From Opitutia bacterium (GTDB lineage: Bacteria > Verrucomicrobiota > Verrucomicrobiia > Opitutales > Opitutaceae): DNA of 64,000 bases. Location of the stretch: NCBI GenBank assembly GCA_947478395.1, contig CANJVR010000002.1, positions 576,001 to 640,000 on the forward strand, in the 5' to 3' direction. The notes under the pieces were generated by a model. It did no database searches and was not told the origin of the DNA. It saw only the letters and a program-made list of their open reading frames with translations. Position numbers and translations under genes: made by a program. Positions 48,815 through 60,835 of this stretch are shown here, piece by piece (within the stretch, counting starts at the first letter, position 1; the number at the start of each line of letters is the position of its first letter).

Positions 48815-51007
48815 TCAGCGCAGGAACGCTTCGTGCAAACCGCCGTCGACCGTGATGACCTGACCGGTGGTTTTACTGAGGCGCTGGGTCACGAGGAGGA
48901 AATAGGCCTCGGCCTGATCGGCCGGCGTGATTGGCGCCTTTGTGAGCGTGCGGTCCGCGTAGAACTGCGCGAGCTTGGTCACAAGCGACTCCGTCGCCTC
49001 GTCGTCCTTGTAGGGAATGGCGTACTTCGCGAGCGAGCCGATGACGCGATCGCGCGGGAACATCGCCGAGCCCTGCACGACCGTCGCCGGCGCGACGCCG
49101 TTCACCCGGACGAGCGGCGAGAGTTCGATGGCGAGCTCGCGCACGAGGTGATTGGCGGCGGCCTTCGACGTGTCGTAGGCCAGCGAACCTTTCTTCGCGA
49201 CGGCGGCGTTGGCCGATGTCGTGAGCACGAGATTCCCACGAAGCCCCTGCTCTTTCCAGGTTTTGAAAGCTTCGTCGGCGACAAAATAACTGCCCGTGAC
49301 GTTGATGTTGAACGTGAGCGCCCACTTGTCGTCGGGGATATGCCCGGAGGTGTCGCTTGGGACGAAAATGCCGGCGGTGACACAGATCGAGTCGAAGCCA
49401 CCGTAGGCCATCGCGACGTCATCGAGCATGCGGCGAATCGAAGCGCGGTCGGTGATATTACAAGCGAGTCCGAGCGCTGGACCGCAGGCGGAAAGACCCG
49501 TGCCCGCGACGCCGATGCCGACACCATATTTATCGGTGATCTCCTTGGCGGTGCCTTGCGCAGCGGCTTCGTTGAGGTCGACGCACACGATGTGCGCGCC
49601 TTCCTTCACGAGGCGGTGCGCGGTTTCCTTGCCGATGCCCGAGCCAGCGCCGATCACGATGATCACCTGGCGGGCGAGTTCCTTTTCCGCGGGCATGCGC
49701 TTCAACTTCGCCTCCTCGAGCAGCCAGTACTCGATATCGAACGCCTCCTGCTGGGGCAGGGAAATATATTTATCGATCGCCTCGGCTCCGCGCATGACCT
49801 CCACCGCGCAGTTGTAGAACTCGGCGGTGACGCGGCTCTCGGACTTATCTTTGCCCCACGCGATCAGGCCGACACCGGGGATGAGAACCACCGTCGGATT
49901 CGGGTCACGCATCGCGGGCGAGTTGGCGTGTTTGCACTTCGCGTAGTAGGCGCCGTAGTCCTTGCGGTAGGCTTCGAGGCCAGCGGCGAGTTTTTTCTTC
50001 AACGTCGCGGCGTCTTCGCTCTGCGGATTCCAATCGACGTAGAGCGGCTTGATTTTGGTCCGGAGGAAATGGTCCGGGCAGCTCGTGCCAAGTTCGGCGA
50101 GACGGGCGGCGTCCTTCGAGTTCACGAAGCGCAGGATTTTTTCGTCGTCCTGCACCGTGCCGACGAAACGTTTCTCCTTGGAAACCTGGCCGCGGAGCCA
50201 GGGCAGGATCGCGGCAAACGTCGCGCGGCGCTGCTCGGGCGTGAGCGTCTGATATTTCGCGCCGCCGAAGGCCGCGGCGTCGCCGCCCTTGGCCGTATAC
50301 TTCGCCTCGATGTAAGCCGCGGCTTTCTCGATGCAGTCGAGCGTGTAAGTGTAACAGGCCTTTTCGTTGTCGTCCCACGAGATGAAGCCGTGCTGGCCCA
50401 TCATGATGGACTTCACCTTCGGATTTTTCTGCACGATGGACTGCATGGCGAGGCCGAGTTCGAAGCCCGGACGCATCCACGTGACGTAGGCCATTTCCCC
50501 GCCGAAGATTTCCTGCGTGAGTTGCTCGCAGTTGGCCGAGGCGGCGATTGCGATGATCGCATTGGGGTGCATGTGATCGACGAACTTCGCCGGGATGAAG
50601 CTGTGCAGCGGCGTGTCGATCGAGGAAGCGCGCGGGTTCAGGTTAAACGTCGCGTGCGTGTACATGCCGACCATCTCGTCTTCGGCTGGCGACTTCAGAC
50701 CTTTGTCGGTGCGCGCGCCGTAGAGTTGCTGAAGATCGATCAACTTCTGCTGGTACAACGACGAGAAATTTTCGCGCGTGCTGGTGCGCAAATCGCCACC
50801 CGAGCCCTTGACCCAAAGCACCTCGACCGGCCGGCCAGTGAGCGGATCTTTTTCCGCGACCTTGGAAGACGTGTTACCGCCGCCGGTATTGGTGATGCGT
50901 TGATCGCTACCCAGCAGATTTGAGCGATAGGCGAGGCGGCCAACGAAATCGAGGGAAGCGGCTTTCGCATCGTCCCAGACAAAATTCACGAATTTGTAGG
51001 TAGGCAT
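48815..51007 (-). CDS. Bifunctional rhamnulose-1-phosphate aldolase / short-chain dehydrogenase
   Basis: RSNLLGSD..TNTGGGNTSSK, SIDTPLH, DHMHP, SCPDHFLRTK, EYWLLEEAKL, then SDR GAGSGIG and YDTSK. Confidence 0.93.
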   Translation of the reverse strand: MPTYKFVNFVWDDAKAASLDFVGRLAYRSNLLGSDQRITNTGGGNTSSKVAEKDPLTGRPVEVLWVKGSGGDLRTSTRENFSSLYQQKLIDLQQLYGARTDKGLKSPAEDEMVGMYTHATFNLNPRASSIDTPLHSFIPAKFVDHMHPNAIIAIAASANCEQLTQEIFGGEMAYVTWMRPGFELGLAMQSIVQKNPKVKSIMMGQHGFISWDDNEKACYTYTLDCIEKAAAYIEAKYTAKGGDAAAFGGAKYQTLTPEQRRATFAAILPWLRGQVSKEKRFVGTVQDDEKILRFVNSKDAARLAELGTSCPDHFLRTKIKPLYVDWNPQSEDAATLKKKLAAGLEAYRKDYGAYYAKCKHANSPAMRDPNPTVVLIPGVGLIAWGKDKSESRVTAEFYNCAVEVMRGAEAIDKYISLPQQEAFDIEYWLLEEAKLKRMPAEKELARQVIIVIGAGSGIGKETAHRLVKEGAHIVCVDLNEAAAQGTAKEITDKYGVGIGVAGTGLSACGPALGLACNITDRASIRRMLDDVAMAYGGFDSICVTAGIFVPSDTSGHIPDDKWALTFNINVTGSYFVADEAFKTWKEQGLRGNLVLTTSANAAVAKKGSLAYDTSKAAANHLVRELAIELSPLVRVNGVAPATVVQGSAMFPRDRVIGSLAKYAIPYKDDEATESLVTKLAQFYADRTLTKAPITPADQAEAYFLLVTQRLSKTTGQVITVDGGLHEAFLR

Positions 51008-51223
51008 GGTGAGAAAAGGATTGGTCGGTTTTTGAGGGGGTGAACGATCATCCCATGACAGATTCTGAAAGATTTCCACCGTAAACTCGCACGCGCGGAT
51101 TTTTCCGAACGATCGTCCCGGGCGGTGGTTTTGTTTTGCGAGGTGCGCGCCGCGCGCCTCGACGATCCACTAGATAGATTCCTCGCGCGGTAAATCGCGA
51201 TGAAATGGCGGGGACTCCCGGAA

Positions 51224-52066
51224 TCAGAGCACCACGTTATCAATCAGCCGCGCCTCGTCGACCCAGGCCGCGATGGCCAGCATGCTCTTGCCGGGCACGA
51301 CCTCGCGCATGGCTTCGATCGTGAGACGATCGACGATCGCCACGTAGATCACGCGCACGCGCCGATGCTGACCAAGGATGTGCGTCGCCTCCGCGATCAA
51401 CCGATCAGGGCTGCGCACGCCGCTATCGGCCATTTCCTTCGCGCGCGTCAGCGCTTTGTACAAAGCCAGCGCCTCCTGTCTCTGGCTGGCGGTGAAATCG
51501 CGGTTGCGCACGCCGGCGGCCAGCCCGTCGGCTTCGCGCGCCGTGGGCACCACGATGACCTCGACGCCAAAACAAAATTCGTCGGACATGCGCCGCACCA
51601 CCGCCGCCCGTTGCGCGGTTTTCTGGCCAAAGAACGCGTACTGCGGGCGCACGATGTTGAACAATTTCGCCATCACCGTGGTGATTCCGCGAAAATGTCC
51701 GGGGCGCGACGCTCCGCAGAGCGGCTTGCTGGTCGACTCCTCGATCACAAACGAGGCATACCCGCGGGGAAACATGACTTCGACCGGCGGGCAAAACACC
51801 GCTTGCACGCCACACGCTTCGCACAACGCCAGATCCAGCTTCAAACTGCGCGGATAATTCGCCACGACCTGATTCTGACTGAACTGCAGCGGATTCACGA
51901 AAATGGAAACGACCACGATATCGGCCCGCGCCACAGCCGCGCGAATCAACGTTTCCTGGCCCGCGTGCAACGCGCCCATCGTGGCCACCAGCGCCACGGT
52001 CTGGCCCGCCGTTCGCCACTCGGCTGCTACTGCGGTCATTTCAACCACCGATTCGATTTTCTTCAT
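51224..52066 (-). CDS. panC: Pantoate--beta-alanine ligase homolog with altered catalytic motifs
   Basis: TMGALH, SIFVNPLQF, YPR, CGASRPGHFRG, READGLA, RLIDN are present, but the motifs read HAGQ, GQKTAQR and GVRN. Confidence 0.8.
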   Translation of the reverse strand: MKKIESVVEMTAVAAEWRTAGQTVALVATMGALHAGQETLIRAAVARADIVVVSIFVNPLQFSQNQVVANYPRSLKLDLALCEACGVQAVFCPPVEVMFPRGYASFVIEESTSKPLCGASRPGHFRGITTVMAKLFNIVRPQYAFFGQKTAQRAAVVRRMSDEFCFGVEVIVVPTAREADGLAAGVRNRDFTASQRQEALALYKALTRAKEMADSGVRSPDRLIAEATHILGQHRRVRVIYVAIVDRLTIEAMREVVPGKSMLAIAAWVDEARLIDNVVL

Positions 52067-52184
52067 GGAGGGTGTGCGGTTTGGGGGTAACGTCGGGCTT
52101 GAACAAACCCGGCCCGTTGCGTTTGTTCAAGTTTTTCGCCCGGCCTCCCGGCACTTTGCACCTCCTTAATCGCATCTCTCTTCC

Positions 52185-53414
52185 ATGATCCGCATCAACG
52201 AAAATTACACCAAGCTCAAGGCCTCCTATCTTTTCGCCGACATCGCCAAGCGGGTCAGCGCCTACGTCGCGGCCAATCCGACCAAGCCGGTCATCCGCCT
52301 CGGCATCGGCGACGTCACCGAGCCCCTCCCCGCTGTCTGCACCGCTGCGCTCCATGCGGCGACCGACGAGATGGCGGTACGTTCTACGTTCAAAGGCTAT
52401 GGTCCCGAACAAGGCTACGCGTTCCTCCGCGAGGCCGTGGCCCAAAATGATTACGCCGCCCGCGGGTGCGCGATCGAGCCCGATGAAATTTTCATCTCCG
52501 ACGGCTCGAAGTGCGATTGCGCGAACATCCAGGAAATCTTCGCGACCGAAGGCCTCCGCCTGGCGATCCCCGATCCGGTTTATCCCGTCTACATCGACAC
52601 CAACGTCATGGCCGGTCGCACCGGGCCCAACCTCGACGGCCGTTACGCCGGTATAACGTATCTCGATTGCACGCCCGCCAACGGCTACGTGCCGGCGATA
52701 CCGGCCACCGCGACCGACCTCATCTATCTTTGTTTTCCCAACAACCCCACCGGCGCCGTCGCCACCCGCGAACAGCTCGCCGCTTGGGTTGCCTACGCCA
52801 AATCCAACAACGCGATCATCCTTTTCGACTCCGCCTACGAGGCCTACATCCGCGACCCGGCCATCCCCCATTCGATCTACGAAATACCCGGCGCGCGTGA
52901 TGTCGCGATCGAGTTTCGCAGTTTCTCCAAGACGGCGGGCTTCACCGGTACGCGTTGCGCGTACACCGTGATCCCCAAGACCCTCGTCGCCTACGATCTC
53001 GCCGGCAAAACCCACTCGGTCCATGCACTCTGGAATCGCCGGCATACGACGAAATTCAATGGCGTCGCCTACCCGATTCAAAAAGCCGCTGCCGCCATCT
53101 TCACCGACGCCGGCAAACAACAGGTGCGCGCCATGACCGATTTCTATCTCGCGAACGCCGCCCTCATTCGCACCGCGGTCAACAATCTCGGCCTAAGCTG
53201 CGTCGGCGGCGACAACGCCCCCTATATCTGGATCAATACGGGCCGCGACTCATGGGAATTTTTCGATCTCCTGCTGAACAAGGCCCAAGTCGTCTGCACG
53301 CCCGGCGCCGGCTTCGGCAAATGCGGCGAGGGCCACGTGCGCATCAGCGCTTTCAATTCCCGCGAAAACGTCGAGACCGCTCTCAAGCGCATCGCGGCCG
53401 CGCTGAAGCCATGA
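52185..53414 (+). CDS. dapL: LL-diaminopimelate aminotransferase
   Basis: [48 protein letters not shown]. Confidence 0.96.
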   Translation: MIRINENYTKLKASYLFADIAKRVSAYVAANPTKPVIRLGIGDVTEPLPAVCTAALHAATDEMAVRSTFKGYGPEQGYAFLREAVAQNDYAARGCAIEPDEIFISDGSKCDCANIQEIFATEGLRLAIPDPVYPVYIDTNVMAGRTGPNLDGRYAGITYLDCTPANGYVPAIPATATDLIYLCFPNNPTGAVATREQLAAWVAYAKSNNAIILFDSAYEAYIRDPAIPHSIYEIPGARDVAIEFRSFSKTAGFTGTRCAYTVIPKTLVAYDLAGKTHSVHALWNRRHTTKFNGVAYPIQKAAAAIFTDAGKQQVRAMTDFYLANAALIRTAVNNLGLSCVGGDNAPYIWINTGRDSWEFFDLLLNKAQVVCTPGAGFGKCGEGHVRISAFNSRENVETALKRIAAALKP

Positions 53415-53483
53415 AATCGAGGCCCGTGTGACGCGCGGCCCGGATCGATGCGACCCGCATCGGTCCGGTCGGTTTGAACGGGT

Positions 53484-54203
53484 CTACCGCTCCAGCAGAA
53501 TGATCAACACGCCGAGCGCGGTAAATAATAGCCCGAGCAGGGCCGACTCGTAGCGTTCGAGCGTTTTCACTTCGAATTTCTCCAGTCCGACAAGCGTCAG
53601 CCAAGTAAACAAAAGCATCCCGAGCAGCGCTCCAGCCGCCAGAATCACGCTGAGCACGATGAAGCCGTGCCAGCCAAACTGCACCCCGGACAAATAGACC
53701 GGCAAAAATCCTTCGCACGGCGACAGCGTCAGCATGAGGAAGAGGCCGCCGATCACCGCCCAGTCGCTCTTCCGCTCCGAAACCAGCGGACTTTCTTCCA
53801 GCTCCTCGTGCCAGTGACTGTGCTCCTTTTCCTCCCCGCAATGCTCGTCGGCCTGATGCTGCCCGCCCGGCACGGCGTGATGGCAAATGCCAGCCCCACG
53901 CCATTGGCGCCAAAAATAATAGAGCCCGATCGCGCCCAATCCACCGCCAATCACCCACGGGAACGCCGCACCGATCTTCGCATCGAGCTGAAAGCCGAAC
54001 CAAGCGATCGCGAGACCAAGCAAACTCGTCACCGCCACATGCCCCAGCCCCGCCAGTAGCGTCACGCCAAGCGTCTTCGTCCGACTCCAGCCGCGCGCCC
54101 GTGACACCAAAACAAACGGCAACCAGTGCGTCGGAATCGCCGCGTGAAAAAATGCGACGGAAAATCCGGTGACGGCAATGGTGTTGAGAACAGCGGAATT
54201 CAT
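53484..54203 (-). CDS. His-rich membrane protein, putative Ni/Co-type transition-metal transporter
   Basis: HAAIPTHW in TM1, GLGH, His-rich loop, SPCE, ~6 TM segments. Confidence 0.6.
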   Translation of the reverse strand: MNSAVLNTIAVTGFSVAFFHAAIPTHWLPFVLVSRARGWSRTKTLGVTLLAGLGHVAVTSLLGLAIAWFGFQLDAKIGAAFPWVIGGGLGAIGLYYFWRQWRGAGICHHAVPGGQHQADEHCGEEKEHSHWHEELEESPLVSERKSDWAVIGGLFLMLTLSPCEGFLPVYLSGVQFGWHGFIVLSVILAAGALLGMLLFTWLTLVGLEKFEVKTLERYESALLGLLFTALGVLIILLER

Positions 54204-54287
54204 CAGGCTAAAGCGACGGAGGTTCAGCTATCGCGAGTGGCGCAATCGCTGTCGAACGCGAACTCTAGCAAAGTCGTCAAGCGCATC

Positions 54288-55283
54288 CTAATCTCCCGGA
54301 CCGGATGCCATCCACACATCCCGCACACAGCGAAACCCGAGGTTCGTCGTGCTGCTGTCGGGCGTGTTGCTGGAACGCGCATCCGTCCGGTAACGGTTGC
54401 AATAGCTGGCGTGACACAAATAGCTCCCGCCGCGCATCACGCGCCGCGCCAGCGGTGAGCCGGTCGAATCCGCGCCGGTCGCAGGGCCGAGCGGATTATC
54501 GTCCGGCGACACGCGATAGAAACCGGGGTCGAACCAGTCCCAGCACCATTCCCAGACATTTCCCGTCATTTGATAGAGCCCGAAGCCGTTCGCCTTGAAA
54601 CTGCGCGCGGGCGCCGGACCGTAGTGGCCATCGGCACAGGTGTTGCGCGTCGGGAAATCGCCCTGCCACACGTTCATGACGTGGCGGCCGCCCGGCTCAA
54701 GGTCGTCGCCCCAGGGAAATCGCTTCTGCGCCAGTCCGCCGCGCGCCGCGCATTCCCACTCGGCTTCCGTCGGCAACCGCTTACCGGCCCACGCGGCGTA
54801 GGCGCGCGCATCGTTCCACGAGACATGCACCACGGGAAATTCCCAGCGCTGCTTGATGTTCGTGCCCGGACCCTCGGGATGCCGCCAGTTCGCGCCCTCG
54901 ACGCGACACCACCACTCGCTGCCGAGCACGCGCAAGCGCACGGCCGTCTCCTGCTGCTTGGCCGTGAGATGTCCGTAAAACACAAAACTCCAGCCGAATT
55001 TTTCCGCCTCGGTCTTGAAACGCGCCGCATTCACAAACGCGTTAAACTGCTCGTTCGTCACCACCGTCTCGTCGATGAAGAACGGGGCCAGCTTCACCCG
55101 ATGCACCGGCCCTTCTCCGTCCGCGGCGAAACCATAGGCGGCGTCATTGCCCATCAGGAATTCGCCCCCGGCAATCAATTTCATGCCCACCGTCGCCCCG
55201 GCCACGACGCGTTTGAAATCCTGAGCTCCACTCGCCGTCGCTTCCGACCGCCGGCCGGGCGCGCAACAACTGTCACCGTCCAT
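54288..55283 (-). CDS. Formylglycine-generating enzyme (sulfatase maturase)
   Basis: FLMG, PVVHVSWNDA, RLPTEAEWE, GNVWEW, RGGSYLCHASYCNRYR. Confidence 0.95.
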   Translation of the reverse strand: MDGDSCCAPGRRSEATASGAQDFKRVVAGATVGMKLIAGGEFLMGNDAAYGFAADGEGPVHRVKLAPFFIDETVVTNEQFNAFVNAARFKTEAEKFGWSFVFYGHLTAKQQETAVRLRVLGSEWWCRVEGANWRHPEGPGTNIKQRWEFPVVHVSWNDARAYAAWAGKRLPTEAEWECAARGGLAQKRFPWGDDLEPGGRHVMNVWQGDFPTRNTCADGHYGPAPARSFKANGFGLYQMTGNVWEWCWDWFDPGFYRVSPDDNPLGPATGADSTGSPLARRVMRGGSYLCHASYCNRYRTDARSSNTPDSSTTNLGFRCVRDVWMASGPGD

Positions 55284-55288
55284 CGGGC

Positions 55289-57942
<2,654 letters not shown>

Positions 57943-57947
57943 GTTAA

Positions 57948-58021
57948 GGCGGTCGAAAAGAACTGAGGCTCACAAAAACAAACCCTTCTCTTTTTGTGAC
58001 TTTTGGCGCCTTTTTGTGGCC
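57948..58021. repeat. Empty GxxExxY-type arm pair between hemF and hemE
   Basis: Right arm TTTTTGTGACTTTTGGCGCCTTTTTGTGGCC. Degenerate left arm ending CTCACAAAAA. Confidence 0.6.
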
Positions 58022-58030
58022 CTCTATCCG

Positions 58031-59062
58031 ATGACTTCTCGTGAACGCTTTCTCGCCGCCTGCGCCTGCACCCCGCTGGACCGCCCACCGCTTTGGGTCA
58101 TGCGCCAAGCCGGCCGCTATCTGCCCGAGTACCGCGCGCTGAAGGAAAAATCGTCCTTCCTCCAGATGGTGCGCACGCCCGCGCTCGCCGCGGAAGTTAC
58201 CCTCCAGCCGTTACGGCGCTTCGCGGGCCTCGACGCCGCGATTTTATTTTCGGACATTCTCGTGATCCCCGAAGCGCTCGGCCAACCGTACTCGTTTCGC
58301 GACACCGGCGGCATCGGCATGGCCTTCCGCCTTGAAACCCGCGCCCAAATTGACGCGCTCGCGCCGGCCTCGGCGGTCCCGGAAAGACTTTCCTACGTTG
58401 CCGACGCGCTCGCGCTCCTGAAAAAAGAGCTCGCCGGGTCGAAGGCTTTGCTTGGATTCGGCGGATCGCCGTGGACGCTCGCCACCTACATGGTCGAAGG
58501 CGGAAGCTCCGACGAATTCGAGCGCATCAAAACTCTTTTCTACACGGAACGTGCGACCTTTGACGCCCTCCTTGAAAAGCTCACGGCGGCGCTGATCGTT
58601 TATTTTCAGATGCAGATTCGCGCCGGGGCGGATGCGATTCAGATCTTCGACAGTTGGGGCGGGCTCATCGCGGGCTGCGACTACGAAGCCGCTTCGCTGC
58701 GTTGGATTCGCGAAATTATCGCGGCGCTCCCGCGCGATTTTCCCGTGATCCTGTACGCTAAAGGTACGGCGCCGCATCTCACCGATCAGGCTTTCACCGG
58801 CGCCCGGGTGATTAGCGTCGATTGGACCACCGACATTGCGATCGCGCGTCGTATCTTGCCCGCCAACGTCGCCGTGCAAGGAAACCTCGATCCGATCCTG
58901 CTCAACACCACGCCCGAGATCGTCGGCCGCGAGACCACCCGCCTGCTCGAATCCATGCGCGGCACCGCCGGCCACATTTTCAACCTCGGCCACGGCATCA
59001 CGCCGCGCGCCAAGATCGAATGCATGCAGACCCTCGTCGATACCGTGACGACTTGGCGCTGA
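58031..59062 (+). CDS. hemE: Uroporphyrinogen decarboxylase
   Basis: MRQAGRYLPEY, AAILFSDIL, GSPWTLATY, QIFDSW, QGNLDP, FNLGHGI. Confidence 0.97.
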   Translation: MTSRERFLAACACTPLDRPPLWVMRQAGRYLPEYRALKEKSSFLQMVRTPALAAEVTLQPLRRFAGLDAAILFSDILVIPEALGQPYSFRDTGGIGMAFRLETRAQIDALAPASAVPERLSYVADALALLKKELAGSKALLGFGGSPWTLATYMVEGGSSDEFERIKTLFYTERATFDALLEKLTAALIVYFQMQIRAGADAIQIFDSWGGLIAGCDYEAASLRWIREIIAALPRDFPVILYAKGTAPHLTDQAFTGARVISVDWTTDIAIARRILPANVAVQGNLDPILLNTTPEIVGRETTRLLESMRGTAGHIFNLGHGITPRAKIECMQTLVDTVTTWR

Positions 59063-59114
59063 CCGCCAAACTGTAGTTAGTCGGTCCCCACCCCGCTCGA
59101 CGCCGACCGACCAT

Positions 59115-59196
59115 GCCACGAAAAGGTCCAAAGAGGCCCGAGAAACAAAAACTATTCCCCTGCTCTTTTGGTCCATTTTCGGGCCTCCTCGCGGCC
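59115..59196. repeat. Empty GxxExxY-type arm pair between hemE and hemG
   Basis: GCCACGAAAAGGTCCAAAGAGGCCCGAGAAA ... TTTTGGTCCATTTTCGGGCCTCCTCGCGGCC. Confidence 0.6.
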
Positions 59197-59225
59197 CATA
59201 ATCCTTCGGCTTGAAGTCCCTCTTC

Positions 59226-60605
59226 GTGGCCCATCCCATTTCCAAATCGATCGCCATCCTCGGTGGCGGCATCACCGGCCTGACCGCTGCATATCGTCTC
59301 ACGCAGCGGGGTCACCGCGTCCGCCTGTTCGAACAGTCTTCGCGCGTCGGAGGAGCAATTGGCACCGAGCGCACAAACGATGGCTGGCTGATCGAAGGCG
59401 GCCCAAACTCCCTGCAGCAAACGCCCGGCGTCCACGCGCTGATCACCGAACTGAATTTGGAGCCAGAGCTCGTCAGCGCGGCGCCGGCCGCTAAAAATCG
59501 TTACCTAGTCCGTGCGGGCCGGCTCGTCGCGCTCCCGGGCTCGCCGCCCGCCTTCCTGAAGTCGCCACTTTTTTCCCTTGGCGCCAAAGCCCGCGTCCTC
59601 CGCGAACTTCTCCGTCGACCGAACTCCACGTCCGCTCACCGCGACCTCAGCTTCGCCGCCTTCATCCGCGATCACTTTGGTCCCGAGCTGCTCGCCAACG
59701 CCGCGCAGCCTTTCGTGAGCGGAATCTACGCCGGCGATCCGGAAAAACTTTCCGCACGCCACGCGTTTCCCACCCTTTGGCAGCTGGCGCAAAAACATGG
59801 TTCGGTCCTGCGCGGACAAATCGCCACGGCCAAGGCCCGTCGCGGCCGCGGCGAACCCGCGACCCCGCGGCTCGTTTCGTTCCGCGCCGGATTGCAAACG
59901 CTGACCGATACCCTCGCCCACCGCTTGCCCGCGGACACCCTTGTGCTTAACGCGCGCGCCGAATTGTTGCGCGCCGGCTCTCCGTGGCAGTTGGTCTGGC
60001 GAAACCTGGCGACGTCCACGCCACAAACGGAAACGTTCGACATCGTCCTCAGCGCGCTGCCCGCCGCCAGCCTCGAAACCCTCACGGTCGATTCGACCCG
60101 GCCATTTGCCTCCCTTTCGAACATCGAGCATCCGCCCGTCTCCGCGCTTTTCCTCGGCTACCGCCGCGAACACGTCGCACATGCCCTCGATGGTTTTGGT
60201 CTCCTCGTACCGTCGACCGAGAAACGGCCGATTCTTGGCGTGATCTTTAACTCCACGCTCTTTCCAGGTCGCGCTCCCGCCGAACACGTCGCGATCAATG
60301 TCATGGTCGGTGGCGCGCTCCAGCCGAACCTGGCTCGGCTGCCCACCGCCGAGTTGATGGCGGCCATCGCACCCGATCTTCGCGACCTTCTCGGCGTTAC
60401 CGGAGAACCTGTGTTTCAACGCCACACCTTTTGGCCGCGCGCCATTCCGCAATACAACCTCGGCTACGAAGCTCACCTGACCACGATCGCCGACGCCGAG
60501 CGCGCGCACGCAGGGCTGTTCGTCGGCGGTCAGGTCTGCGATGGTATTTCCCTCCCATCCTGCGTCGCCGCCGGCGAAAAACTAGCCGCCCGCGCCACAA
60601 GTTAA
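59226..60605 (+). CDS. hemG: Protoporphyrinogen oxidase (HemY type)
   Basis: ILGGGITGL, EGGPNS, FVSGIYAGD, GFGLLVP, AIPQYNLG. Start uncertain (TTG 59211 or GTG 59226). Confidence 0.93.
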   Translation: MAHPISKSIAILGGGITGLTAAYRLTQRGHRVRLFEQSSRVGGAIGTERTNDGWLIEGGPNSLQQTPGVHALITELNLEPELVSAAPAAKNRYLVRAGRLVALPGSPPAFLKSPLFSLGAKARVLRELLRRPNSTSAHRDLSFAAFIRDHFGPELLANAAQPFVSGIYAGDPEKLSARHAFPTLWQLAQKHGSVLRGQIATAKARRGRGEPATPRLVSFRAGLQTLTDTLAHRLPADTLVLNARAELLRAGSPWQLVWRNLATSTPQTETFDIVLSALPAASLETLTVDSTRPFASLSNIEHPPVSALFLGYRREHVAHALDGFGLLVPSTEKRPILGVIFNSTLFPGRAPAEHVAINVMVGGALQPNLARLPTAELMAAIAPDLRDLLGVTGEPVFQRHTFWPRAIPQYNLGYEAHLTTIADAERAHAGLFVGGQVCDGISLPSCVAAGEKLAARATS

Positions 60606-60619
60606 GGCATCACTAAGGT

Positions 60620-60731
60620 TGGTCGCGAAAAACCCAAAGGCCTCCACCGCTCCGGACGGAGCGCGACTGTGCCTGCCGGCACGTGGAGGTGGTCAACAAA
60701 GCCAACCGGGATTTTCGTGTTTTTCGTGGCT
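60620..60731. repeat. Empty GxxExxY-type arm pair between hemG and ileS
   Basis: TGGTCGCGAAAAACCCAAAG ... TTTTCGTGTTTTTCGTGGCT. Confidence 0.55.
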
Positions 60732-60789
60732 AAAATTTCGGCCTACGGAAGCCGATCCCGCACTCGCGTCGCCGCCGACCGTCTCCCCC

Positions 60790-60817
60790 CTTGACTCCCC
60801 TCTGGGCGAACGTAGTT
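60790..60817 (+). promoter_or_regulatory. Putative sigma70 promoter of ileS
   Basis: TTGACT-16 bp-TAGTTT, ending 18 nt before the ATG. Confidence 0.45.
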
Positions 60818-60835
60818 TCCGCCCCTTTTCCCGGT

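Noticed and set aside
48833..50923. Long antisense ORFs (696 aa here; also 2134-3363, 21436-23292, 29747-31438, 61202-63094)
   Set aside because: They mirror well-supported genes on the other strand. This is expected from high-GC codon bias, and they carry no recognisable motifs.
60606..60835. T-box leader for ileS
   Set aside because: No T-box consensus, and the putative promoter leaves only a very short leader.
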